This document shows, one piece after another, positions 19,129 through 28,536 of a stretch of 64,000 nucleotides of DNA. The stretch is from assembly GCA_026396115.1 (NCBI GenBank), contig JAPLXL010000005.1, positions 2,967 to 66,966 on the forward strand, given 5' to 3'. The stretch's first letter is position 1; each line of letters starts with the position of its first letter. The notes below the pieces were generated by a model. The model was not told the DNA's origin, made no database searches, and saw only the letters and a list, made by a program, of their open reading frames with translations. The translations under genes and the position numbers were made by a program. This DNA comes from Candidatus Nealsonbacteria bacterium. GTDB lineage: Bacteria > Patescibacteriota > Minisyncoccia > Minisyncoccales > RBG-13-42-11.

Positions 19129-19165
19129 TTTCTAACAGAGTTAGCCCCTGTTAGAACAAAAATCT

Positions 19166-20023
19166 ATGTTTTCGTATGCCAATGGAAAGTTTATTCTAAC
19201 CGAAGAATTAGCTCTACCTATAAAAGAAGATATCACAGGCACTATTCGCGGATTTCGTATTTTTACTGCTTGCCGTACCTTACCAAACGGGAAGGTTTTT
19301 CGTTTAGAAGATCACATTGATCGTCTGTTTAATTTTGCTAAGACTATTTATATGGAATTACCTCACGATAAGAATGAGCTAAAAGAAGTTATTCAAGAGA
19401 CAATAGTCAAAAACAAAGAAGAGGGGGAGTTGCTGCTTGAGATAATATACAGCGGCGGTAGCGCAAATTTAAGCGGGGTAGCGCCAACAGGAAAGGCTAT
19501 TTTATATATAATGGTTCTTCCTTTAAAGATGCCTCCTGCTAGGTGGTACGAAAAAGGAATAAAGCTGGCAGTTTATCCTTACCAGCGCCAGTGGCCGGAA
19601 ATTAAATTTTTGAATTATGTAGGCGCAGTTATTGCCCACCAAACAGTGGTTAAAAAATACGAAGCCGATGATGCCTTATTTATCTCGCCTCATGAAAAGA
19701 AAATTATTTTGGAAGGAACCACCTTCAATTTTTTTATAATAAAAAATGGCGTTATTATAACTCACCCAGCGGATGGTAAAATTTTACCTGGCATAACGCG
19801 CAAAGTTGCGCTGGAATTAGCTTGTCAGCGGGGGATTAAAACAAAAGAAGATTATTTTTCTCTTGATGATTTACTTGAAGTTGAAGAAGCGTTTATCACT
19901 TCTTCAACGCGTAATATAGTGCCAGTGGTTAGGGTTGATGATATAGTTATAGGAAGCGGCCAGCCCGGGGAAATAACTAATAAATTAGCTAGGTTTTTTA
20001 AAGAATATCAGGCTAATTATTAA
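19166..20023 (+). CDS. Class IV PLP aminotransferase (branched-chain/D-amino acid family)
   Basis: FRLEDHIDRL, IKFLNY, LEGTTFN, ILPGITR, EAFITSS. Confidence 0.9.
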   Translation: MFSYANGKFILTEELALPIKEDITGTIRGFRIFTACRTLPNGKVFRLEDHIDRLFNFAKTIYMELPHDKNELKEVIQETIVKNKEEGELLLEIIYSGGSANLSGVAPTGKAILYIMVLPLKMPPARWYEKGIKLAVYPYQRQWPEIKFLNYVGAVIAHQTVVKKYEADDALFISPHEKKIILEGTTFNFFIIKNGVIITHPADGKILPGITRKVALELACQRGIKTKEDYFSLDDLLEVEEAFITSSTRNIVPVVRVDDIVIGSGQPGEITNKLARFFKEYQANY

Positions 20024-20168
20024 TTGTTTACTTTAAAAAGAAAATTTTTCATATTATTTGAGCAAAGATTCCTAAGAATTTTTGTTTTTTTGTTGTTCTT
20101 GACAAAAAGAAATTAACTTGCTATAATATAGGCAGTACATAAAATCTTTTTTAGGAAAGGAGGACGCA

Positions 20169-20786
20169 GTGATTACACTAGATGATTCTGTTCGGTTAGT
20201 TAGTATGCAATTCAGCTTTTCTAACATCAATGTTGTTCCAACCTCGGTGAAAAAGCTGGAACTGGAAATGCTGGAAGAGCGAAATGAGCGTAAGACGTAT
20301 AAGGGTAATGGCGAATTGATCATTAAGCCTATCGAGAATGTTTCCCTCGTGGAATTTCTCGATAACCTCGAGGTAGCTGGATACGAATTGGTAGATGCGT
20401 TCTATCAGCCAAGAATCGATCTCAAGGATCTTCGAGGAAATAGAATCTATCACATGGTGCGTTTTCTATTCGCTCGCCGCAAGTATGTGGAACTTTCCGA
20501 TGAGTTCAAGGAGGTGCGAAGCACTATTCATGCTGAACTTCGGAAAATCTGCGAGCAAGCGATGTGGCGAGTCCGGGCATTCCTTAACCCCTTCTTTATG
20601 GACGACGAGGAAGTTCTTGGCCAGCACGCACTAAGTATAAATCTCGAGGCACGTAAGCCTCTCTTTCATCCCGACGGTCAGCTAGTAATGGTCTGGCAGA
20701 AGGATGAGAGGGGTAACCGCGTGGGCGAGACGCCGTTTCCGCTTAAACCTGATTACTATCTCCGTATTGAGGACAACATGGCTTAG
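20169..20786 (+). CDS. Hypothetical protein
   Basis: 205-aa ORF, strong SD, TTGACA/TATAAT promoter, higher GC. Confidence 0.7.
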   Translation: MITLDDSVRLVSMQFSFSNINVVPTSVKKLELEMLEERNERKTYKGNGELIIKPIENVSLVEFLDNLEVAGYELVDAFYQPRIDLKDLRGNRIYHMVRFLFARRKYVELSDEFKEVRSTIHAELRKICEQAMWRVRAFLNPFFMDDEEVLGQHALSINLEARKPLFHPDGQLVMVWQKDERGNRVGETPFPLKPDYYLRIEDNMA

Positions 20787-21136
20787 TCCTTACCACGACA
20801 AGTAGGAAGACTTATCAACTCAGTGGCGCCGTTGCTAAACAGATTATCTGTTACGCGGCGCTATTTTTATTTGAAAATCCGTCGCCAAAAAATGAAAAAT
20901 GTTCGAGTTAATTTAAGAATAGTCCACCATAGACGATTTCTTTCGCTCTCGCCCCTCGCGGAGTTTACCCTGCTGTTGTGCGGGGCTCGGGGTTGGGGCT
21001 TCCGGCGAGCTCGCAACTCTTCGCTTCGCTTCGGTGATGCCGCACTTGCACAACAGCGGATAATGGGTTGACATTTTTTATTTTTGTGATATATTTTAGA
21101 TAGTACACAAAATCAAAATATAAAGGAGGAGCGAAG

Positions 21137-21829
21137 ATGAAGAAAGTTGTGATAGTGTTGTTGGTAGTGTTTCTGATGGGCATGGGCGTTCCGGTGTTTG
21201 CTATCGAAAGTGCTGAGGAAACAGAGGCCTTGCATCAGATGGAGGCACAGGCAGTTATTTCAATTGGTGTAATGCCGATTGAAAATGCCCAGCGTATCCC
21301 TCATGTGGGGGATGCATTCCGGCAGATCTTGGTTTCGGCTCTCAATGAGTCCGGGATCAAGGTAGTGGAGTCTATGGACGATGAAACCCTATACTGGGTT
21401 CGTCGTCAGGATCAATTAGTCCGCGAGGGCTGGATTGATTCTTACACTGCCCCGGCCGTCGGAGAATTGTATGGAATAACTCACTTTCTTCTTGGTATTG
21501 TTACTCAGTACCAAGAGGCTGAGGTGATGGAAGAGGTTATGGGGGGAATTTTTTACGTGAACATTGATGGGGAGCGAATCCGGACCAGGGTCCAAACCGG
21601 ATCCTTAGCAGTCGACTTTCGTGTCGTCGACGCGAGGACTGGTGTCGTGGAAGTCGCTTTCGGAGTAAAAGTCGAAGTTCGGCGATCCGAAAGCGCTATC
21701 GGTTCTATCCTTACCGCCATTTTTGGCGGTACAAAACAGAAAAAGGAGATACCTCTTCCGGAAGAAGTAGCTCGCTCGGTAGCAGAGCAAGCAGCCGAGC
21801 GAATTGCGGCTGTTCTGTTTGTGAAATAA
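21137..21829 (+). CDS. CsgG/HfaB-like secreted protein
   Basis: Signal peptide; LLGIVTQY, VDFRVVDARTGVV. Confidence 0.65.
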   Translation: MKKVVIVLLVVFLMGMGVPVFAIESAEETEALHQMEAQAVISIGVMPIENAQRIPHVGDAFRQILVSALNESGIKVVESMDDETLYWVRRQDQLVREGWIDSYTAPAVGELYGITHFLLGIVTQYQEAEVMEEVMGGIFYVNIDGERIRTRVQTGSLAVDFRVVDARTGVVEVAFGVKVEVRRSESAIGSILTAIFGGTKQKKEIPLPEEVARSVAEQAAERIAAVLFVK

Positions 21830-21921
21830 CTGTGTGGATTGAAAAAAAATAAGAAAAAAGGGGGAGGTAAGAATAAACCTTTTTAACTCTCCCTTTTTTT
21901 GTTAGAATAAAAAAATCACCA

Positions 21922-22023
21922 ACCGAGCTTTCACGCAGTGAGGGCGAATCGAAGAACATTCGTTCTTCTCTACCCTTCGCTGCGACTCGGGTAGGTGAAG
22001 AAGAGGGCGAAACCCTCTTCGCC
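21922..22023. repeat. Composite (nested) family A element
   Basis: Outer unit interrupted by inverted 45-bp unit at 21948-21992. Confidence 0.9.
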
Positions 22024-22037
22024 TAAATATACTGATT

Positions 22038-24833
22038 ATGAATTCATTCCATTCCAAATCCATTGAGAAGACCTTGGAAGAACTTTCTTCTTATCCGGAA
22101 GGTTTGACTTCAGAGGAAGTGAAAAACCGTTGGCAAAAATTCGGTTTTAATGAAATACCCGAGAAAAGGGCCTTGCACCCGGCTTTTATTTTTTTGAAAC
22201 AGTTCCATTCTTGGCTGATATACATACTTATTGGAGCAGCTCTTTTTTCCTTTTGGACCAGGCACATGTTCGATGTTTATATAATTTCGGCCGTTCTTTT
22301 GCTTAATGCTCTCATGGGCTTTATTCAAGAATCCAAGGCAGAGAAAGCCATTAGGGCTTTAAAGAAGATGGTTGTGCCTTTTGCTAAAGTCATCAGAGAA
22401 GGGGAGTTATTAAAAATTCCGGCCAAAGAATTGGTTCAAGGCGATATTATTTTATTGGGAGAAGGAGATAGAATTCCGGCTGACGCCAGATTGTCGGAAT
22501 TAAAGAATTTTAGGACAATGGAAGCGGCCTTAACAGGTGAATCGGTTCCGGTAGATAAAAACCTTGAAGAGCTGCCCAAAAAAACTCCTTTGGCTGACCA
22601 AAAAAATATGATTTGGCTGGGAACATTTGTTACAGCTGGTCAAGCAAAGGCAATAGTTGTTGCCACCGGACCCAAAACCGCTTTGGGACAAATCGCTGAA
22701 AGTCTTGAAAAAATTGAAACTCCGAAAACTCATTTCAAAATAAAAACCGATTTGCTGGCAAAACAAATGGCCGGAATTGCTTTTGGTTGTGTTTCGGCGC
22801 TTTTATTGGTTGCGTTATTTATTGGCCATTTTGAATTTAAAGATGCATTTCGTTTTGCGGTTGCCGCTCTTGTTTCGGCAATTCCCGAGGGACTGCCAAT
22901 AGTATTGGTCATTGTTCTGGCCATGGGAGCTCACCGGATGGCAAAAAGAAATGCGATTGTCAGAAACCTGCAGGCTACAGAAACTCTTGGCGTGGCAAAT
23001 ATTATTGCCGTGGATAAAACCGGAACTATTACTCAAAACACAATGGACGCAGAAAAAATAATTTTATTAAATCAAGAAGAAATTACGGTTTCCGGAGGCG
23101 GCTGGAAGCCAAAAGGCGAATTTATTCAAAAAGAAAAAGTTTTCTTTCCTTTGGAAAATCCTCAATTAAGAAAGCTTTTACATATTGCCTGTATTTGCAA
23201 CAATGCCAGATTGCTCAAAGAAAACGGCAAAAAGGAAAATTACAGAATCATTGGCGACCCGACAGAGGCGGCCTTGGTTGTCCTGGCAGAAAAGGCCGGG
23301 CTTAAAAAAGAAGTTTTGCTGGAAAAAGAAAAAATAATTGATGATTTGCCATTTAATCCGGAATTAAAATATGGAGCTTCGCTTATCGAGCTTCCGCAGG
23401 AAGCGAAAATTAAGAAGAGGATAAATTCCTCTTCGCCTGCTATTTTAACTAAAGATACGACAGAAAAAGAAATTTATGTAGTTGGGGCGCCGGAAGCTAT
23501 TTTAGAAATTTCTTCCTCAGGATTTGGAGAAAAAGAGAAGAAATTAGCGCTAAAAGAAAAAAAAGAAATTTTAAATAAAGTAGAAGGTTTAGCAAAAAAT
23601 GGTTTAAGGGTTATCGGGTTGGCTTATAAAACCGTTCCTTTTGAAACGGAAAAATTGACCCCAGACCTAATTAAAAACCTCGTTTTTGTGGGAGCGGTAG
23701 GAATGGAAGATCCCCCGAGGCCCGAAGTTAAAGAAGCTATTGCCAAAACAAAAACAGCCGGAATCAGAGTGATTATGAAAACCGGCGACCATAAAGAAAC
23801 TGCCATAGCTATTGCCAGAGAAATCGGTTTAGTCAAAAATGAAAAAGAGAACAATTATCCTTTGGCTTTAACCGAAAAAGAATTAGAAAAGTTGACTGAG
23901 AAAGAGTTTAACGAAGCAGTAAAGCATGTTTCAATTTTTGCCAGATTAACTCCGGCAATGAAATTAAAAATTTTAGAAAGCTTGCAAAAACAAGGATATA
24001 TTGTGGCCATGACCGGTGACGGAGTCAATGACGCCCCGGCTTTAAAAAAAGCTGATATTGGCATTGCTATGGGACAAATCGGTACCGATGTTGCCAGAGA
24101 AAGCAGTTCCATGGTTTTGGCCGATGATAATTTTACTTCCATTGTCAATGCCATTGAAGAAGGAAGAACCGTTTTTACTAACGTTAAACAAGTCAGCCTG
24201 TTTTTAATTACCACCAATTTTGCTGAAATTGCCACCCTGGTAACTTCTTTAATCATCGGTGCTTATTTGTGGGGCCAAACCCTTTTGATTATTTTGCCGG
24301 CTACCATTATTTTTATGAATTTAGTAACCGATGGCTTTGCCGATGTTGCTTTGGCTTGCGAGCCCAGTCATGAAGATGTCTTGAAAAAACCGCCGAGAAA
24401 AAAAGAAGAAAATATTTTGTCCAAAGATATTTTCCCATTTTTAGTTTTAATGGTTATGATAATGACCGTTTTAACGATTTTTATTTTTAAAACCTTTTTA
24501 CTTCAGGATTCTTTGGAAAAAGCCAGGGCCGGTGCTTTTGCCGTCATGGCTATTACCCAGTTATTTAATGTTCTTAATATGAGGAGTCTCAACCAATCCA
24601 TTTTTAAGATAGGGTTCTTTTCTAACAAATTCATAGTGGGAGGTTTGACAGTTTCTATTATTTTAATAATAATAGCTCTTTTTGTCGGAGGTGTGGCGGA
24701 AAAATTTGGCTTTGAACCTCTTTCTCTTTCAGAATTTTTAATCATAATCTTGCTTTCCTCTCTGGTTTTGTGGGGCGGAGAACTCTATAAATATTGGCGT
24801 CGAAGGTCAACACGCTTTTTGTTGAAAAATTAG
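22038..24833 (+). CDS. Cation-transporting P-type ATPase (type IIA, Ca2+-like)
   Basis: TGES, IPEGLP, DKTGT, GDPTE, TGDGVNDAPAL, NLVTDG. Confidence 0.92.
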   Translation: MNSFHSKSIEKTLEELSSYPEGLTSEEVKNRWQKFGFNEIPEKRALHPAFIFLKQFHSWLIYILIGAALFSFWTRHMFDVYIISAVLLLNALMGFIQESKAEKAIRALKKMVVPFAKVIREGELLKIPAKELVQGDIILLGEGDRIPADARLSELKNFRTMEAALTGESVPVDKNLEELPKKTPLADQKNMIWLGTFVTAGQAKAIVVATGPKTALGQIAESLEKIETPKTHFKIKTDLLAKQMAGIAFGCVSALLLVALFIGHFEFKDAFRFAVAALVSAIPEGLPIVLVIVLAMGAHRMAKRNAIVRNLQATETLGVANIIAVDKTGTITQNTMDAEKIILLNQEEITVSGGGWKPKGEFIQKEKVFFPLENPQLRKLLHIACICNNARLLKENGKKENYRIIGDPTEAALVVLAEKAGLKKEVLLEKEKIIDDLPFNPELKYGASLIELPQEAKIKKRINSSSPAILTKDTTEKEIYVVGAPEAILEISSSGFGEKEKKLALKEKKEILNKVEGLAKNGLRVIGLAYKTVPFETEKLTPDLIKNLVFVGAVGMEDPPRPEVKEAIAKTKTAGIRVIMKTGDHKETAIAIAREIGLVKNEKENNYPLALTEKELEKLTEKEFNEAVKHVSIFARLTPAMKLKILESLQKQGYIVAMTGDGVNDAPALKKADIGIAMGQIGTDVARESSSMVLADDNFTSIVNAIEEGRTVFTNVKQVSLFLITTNFAEIATLVTSLIIGAYLWGQTLLIILPATIIFMNLVTDGFADVALACEPSHEDVLKKPPRKKEENILSKDIFPFLVLMVMIMTVLTIFIFKTFLLQDSLEKARAGAFAVMAITQLFNVLNMRSLNQSIFKIGFFSNKFIVGGLTVSIILIIIALFVGGVAEKFGFEPLSLSEFLIIILLSSLVLWGGELYKYWRRRSTRFLLKN
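23385..23437. repeat. Family A copy, in frame in P-type ATPase (ELPQEAKIKKRINSSSP)
   Basis: ATCGAGCTTCCGCAGGAAGCG...GAAGAGGATAAATTCCTCTTCGCC. Confidence 0.85.
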
Positions 24834-24844
24834 GATAACAACAT

Positions 24845-24868
24845 TATAATAAAAAAAACGTATTGAAA
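24845..24868 (+). repeat. 24-bp direct repeat, copy 1 (copy 2 at 26352-26375)
   Basis: TATAATAAAAAAAACGTATTGAAA identical at both sites. Confidence 0.8.
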
Positions 24869-24905
24869 AAGGTCGAGGATAATAAAATTTTTTAATTTTT
24901 AAAAT

Positions 24906-25937
24906 ACGAATTACGCTTTTTCTAAAATTTTAATCTTAGTTGTTCTTATTATTCTCGCTGCCGGAGGGATTTTATCTTGGCAGTATTTTGGGGAGCTAAA
25001 AGAGGAAGTTGAAGTGCCGGAAGAAGTTGAGATGCCGGAAGAAAAAACAGAAGAAGTGATTGAAGATGAAACCGCTGAACTTGCCCCGAGCGAAGTTGAG
25101 GGATGGAAGACTTATAGAAACGAGGAGTATGGATTTGAATTTCAATATCCAAAGGATTGGGGGGAAATTAACCTAGAGCAACAGGCTGTAGATGAACCCG
25201 CAGAGCATTTCGACTATGAATACAAGAGAGTAATCTTTGAAGCTCAAATGAAGGTAGGAGTCTACACATTTTTTTTAGATAATAAAAAGATTAAAAAAAT
25301 TTGGTATCAACCCTCTTCGGAAAGTTTAGCTTTTGTGGAATACGGAGAGGAAGAGTATGAAGCGGTAGACAGTAGGGACATACGTAAACAGGAAACATTA
25401 AAAATTATTGGATCCAAGGGTGAGATTACCCAAATTTACACCGTTCCAGAAAATATAGTTCCGTGGTACGGAAAGATCGGTGCTGTAAGATTCTCTCTTG
25501 GCGGTAATTATGTTTGTTTTATTGAGGATGGTTGGGAAAACACCAAACTTATGATAGTTAATGTTCAAACCAAGAAAAATATATTAAAAGATATTGATAG
25601 TTGGTTTAACAGGCTGGATATTTACCAAAATATTTTTTGGTCGCAGAACGAGAAAGTTTTAGCAATTAAAAGTTACTGGAGCTCTTTTAGTGGCGAAGGG
25701 AGAGATGGGATATTTGTAAGCGATTATGGAAAACCGGAGAAATTAAATCAAGTTTTTACTTTTGGTGAAGGTTTTAAAGCGATGGAGTTCGAAGACGGTT
25801 CTGAAATTTATAATATTCGTTTAATGAGTGACGAAAAATTATATTTTTCGGTGAAATTCGCCCCATATGAGGGGGAAACTTACGAGAAAAAATACGAATA
25901 CATTGTAAAAACGAAAGAGTTAAAAGAAGTAAAATAA
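24906..25937 (+). CDS. Membrane-anchored hypothetical protein; apparent ACG start
   Basis: In-frame TM segment upstream of track start 25014; WKTYRNEEYGFEFQYP motif. Confidence 0.6.
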   Translation, partial: TNYAFSKILILVVLIILAAGGILSWQYFGELKEEVEVPEEVEMPEEKTEEVIEDETAELAPSEVEGWKTYRNEEYGFEFQYPKDWGEINLEQQAVDEPAEHFDYEYKRVIFEAQMKVGVYTFFLDNKKIKKIWYQPSSESLAFVEYGEEEYEAVDSRDIRKQETLKIIGSKGEITQIYTVPENIVPWYGKIGAVRFSLGGNYVCFIEDGWENTKLMIVNVQTKKNILKDIDSWFNRLDIYQNIFWSQNEKVLAIKSYWSSFSGEGRDGIFVSDYGKPEKLNQVFTFGEGFKAMEFEDGSEIYNIRLMSDEKLYFSVKFAPYEGETYEKKYEYIVKTKELKEVK

Positions 25938-26017
25938 AAATCTTCAAGCAAATCTTTTTGTTAGAATTAGATGAGCCGAAAAACAGAACAATAATTGTTA
26001 AAATTATAGAAGATTGA

Positions 26018-26305
26018 ATGCCAAAAGAGAGAAAAAATAAGCGCAATTGGTCAGATTATGTAACCAAACATAGTTTTGCTCTGGATTTGGAAGAGGGTGT
26101 TTTTACCTGGGATAATCCGCGAAAGATTGCCGAATCCCTCAAAAAATCAGCCGAGGCGAGTATACGCCAGAAGGGCACGTCGTTTCAATCAGCCATGTCG
26201 ATGCTTAATTTTTACATCAATCGCGCCGGGAAAAAATTAAAACCTGACAGAAAAAAAATTCTGAAACAGGCAAAAATAGAATTGCGAAAATTATTTAACT
26301 GGTAA
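26018..26305 (+). CDS. DUF3175 family protein
   Basis: ALDLEEGVFT, SAMSMLNFYINRAG. Confidence 0.8.
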   Translation: MPKERKNKRNWSDYVTKHSFALDLEEGVFTWDNPRKIAESLKKSAEASIRQKGTSFQSAMSMLNFYINRAGKKLKPDRKKILKQAKIELRKLFNW

Positions 26306-26376
26306 CAAGAAAGCCTTATATGAAAGGACTTTTTTTATTTGGAGAATTTTGTATAATAAAAAAAACGTATTGAAAT

Positions 26377-27474
26377 ATGAAAATAATTTACGCTATAGCC
26401 ATTCTTTCTGGCACCATTATTGGCGTGGGATTTTTTGCTTTGCCTTACGTTACTCTTAAGGTAGGTTTTTGGGTAATCCTTGGTTATTTTTTGGCTTTAG
26501 GAGCTTTGGTTATTTTAATTCATTTGTTTTTTGGAGAACTGGCATTAAAAACTCCTGATTTTAAAAGATTGCCGGGTTTTGCCAAAATTTATTTGGGAAA
26601 TTGGGGTCAGGTTGCAGCTTACACTTCAACAATTTTAGGAATTTTCGGAGCGCTTTTAGCTTATTTAATCGTTGGCGGAGAATTTTTAACAGAACTGTTT
26701 TTACCAATTTTCGGAGGAAGTTCCTTGGTTTACACCCTTTTTTATTTTGTAATTGCAGCTGCTTTAATTTTCTTTGGAATAAAAGCCATTGCTAAAGTAG
26801 AATTTTGGGGGTTAGTTTTATTTTTTATAACCTTGTTTGCCATATTCTTTCAAGGAAAATTATTTATAACAATTGAAAACCTTTTTCCTTCTCCGGATAT
26901 TTCTTATATTTTTCTGCCTTACGGCATTGTTCTTTTTTCTCTGTGGGGAGCAGCTTTAATTCCGGAAGTTGAAGAAATGCTGGGAAAAGAGAAAAATTTA
27001 CTTTTAAAAATTATTCCCATTGCCATTTTAATTCCAATGATTGTTTACCTTTTTTTTATTTACTTGATTTTAGGCATTACCGGGACTCAAACCACCGAAT
27101 CCGCTCTAATCGGATTAAGAAATGTTTTGGGCGATGGCACAGTGTCTTTAGCTCTCATTTTCGGGCTTTTAACCACTTTCACCTCTTTTATCACCTTAGG
27201 GCTAACCTTAAAGAATGTTTTCTGGTATGATTTAAAAATAGGAAAAAATATCGCTTTCGCAATTACTTGTTTTATTCCTTTAGTTCTTTTTTTAATTGGG
27301 ATAAAACAGTTTATTCCAATCATTTCTTTTGTCGGAGGAGTTATGCTTGGGATTGACGGTATTTTGATTTTATTAATGTATAGGAAAATAAAACCAAAAC
27401 AAATTTTAGTTTATCCTCTGTTTTTAATACTTTTTGGTGGAATCATTTACGAGATAATATATTTTATTAGATAA
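26377..27474 (+). CDS. Aromatic amino acid permease family transporter
   Basis: GTIIGVGFFALP, multiple TM. Confidence 0.85.
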   Translation: MKIIYAIAILSGTIIGVGFFALPYVTLKVGFWVILGYFLALGALVILIHLFFGELALKTPDFKRLPGFAKIYLGNWGQVAAYTSTILGIFGALLAYLIVGGEFLTELFLPIFGGSSLVYTLFYFVIAAALIFFGIKAIAKVEFWGLVLFFITLFAIFFQGKLFITIENLFPSPDISYIFLPYGIVLFSLWGAALIPEVEEMLGKEKNLLLKIIPIAILIPMIVYLFFIYLILGITGTQTTESALIGLRNVLGDGTVSLALIFGLLTTFTSFITLGLTLKNVFWYDLKIGKNIAFAITCFIPLVLFLIGIKQFIPIISFVGGVMLGIDGILILLMYRKIKPKQILVYPLFLILFGGIIYEIIYFIR

Positions 27475-27477
27475 ATT

Positions 27478-28431
27478 ATGCTTTTTTATCATGTTTTAAT
27501 TTTTGTTGGTTCTTTTGCTATACTTTTTTTCTCAAGCAATTTTTTAGTCGGTGGACTTACTAAACTTTCTAAATTCATAGGGTGGAAAGAGTTTGTAGTT
27601 TCTTTTCTTGTTATGGCTTTTGCAACCACCATTCCCAACTTTTTTATTGGAATAATTTCTGCTTTAAATAAAGTTCCTGAGCTTTCTTTTAGCGATGTTG
27701 TAGGAACTAATATTGCCGACCTTACTTTGGTCATAGCTTTATCTGCTTTGGTTTCAAAAATGGGTTTATCTGTTCCAAGCCGAACAGTTCAAGGAAGTTC
27801 TCTTTTTACAATTGGGGTTGCTGTTTTCCCCTTAATTTTAATTCAAGATGGTACTCTTTCCCGATTAGATGGAATTCTATTATTAGGCGCGTTCGCTGCT
27901 TATATTGCTTGGCTTTTTAATAAAAAAGAAAGATTTGAAAAGATTTATGACGGAACCTCGGAGAAATTAACTTTAAAATTTTTTACAAAGAATATAGTTT
28001 TGCTTTTTTGTTCTATTTTATTACTAGTAGTATCTTCTCATGGGATTGTTAAATCAGCTGTCTTTTTCTCAGGGTTTCTACGTTTACCCTTAAGTTTGAT
28101 TGGTATTTTGATAGTTGGCTTAGGTACTGCGTTGCCCGAACTTTCCTTTACCTTGCAGGCCGCAAGAAAATCTCAGGATTGGATGATAGTTGGAGACGTG
28201 ATGGGGTCGGTAATAATGACAGCCACCCTTGTTTTAGGAATCGTTGCTTTAATTTGTCCAATTAAAATTGTTGATTTTCAACCATTTGCCATCGGAAGGA
28301 TTTTTCTAATAATTTCGGCAATATTTTTTCTGCTTTTTATCCGAAGTGGCCGTAAAATCACGAGAAGAGAAGCCTTATTTTTATTGGGGATTTATATCAC
28401 CTTTGTCTTAGTTGAAATTTTAAGCAAATGA
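27478..28431 (+). CDS. Sodium/calcium exchanger family (CaCA) antiporter
   Basis: ATTIPN / GTNIAD and GTALPE alpha-repeats. Confidence 0.85.
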   Translation: MLFYHVLIFVGSFAILFFSSNFLVGGLTKLSKFIGWKEFVVSFLVMAFATTIPNFFIGIISALNKVPELSFSDVVGTNIADLTLVIALSALVSKMGLSVPSRTVQGSSLFTIGVAVFPLILIQDGTLSRLDGILLLGAFAAYIAWLFNKKERFEKIYDGTSEKLTLKFFTKNIVLLFCSILLLVVSSHGIVKSAVFFSGFLRLPLSLIGILIVGLGTALPELSFTLQAARKSQDWMIVGDVMGSVIMTATLVLGIVALICPIKIVDFQPFAIGRIFLIISAIFFLLFIRSGRKITRREALFLLGIYITFVLVEILSK

Positions 28432-28450
28432 TGGTAGGATAGTTTTAGTA

Positions 28451-28536
28451 TTCAATGAATCTTCGATTCATTTCAATGTTCAATGAATTTTTAATTCATT
28501 TCACCTTCGACTTCAATAAATTTTCAATTTATTTCG
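28451..28536. repeat. Three AT-rich 25-bp palindromic units
   Basis: TTCAATGAAT-N5-ATTCATTTCA at 28451, 28479, 28512. Confidence 0.75.

Noticed and set aside
19045..19320. 91-aa ORF
   Set aside because: Overlaps tRNA-Glu and the aminotransferase; shadow ORF
22110..24745. Many antisense ORFs opposite long genes (also within clp, cysS, mgtA, xseA)
   Set aside because: Shadow frames of well-supported genes with no independent motifs
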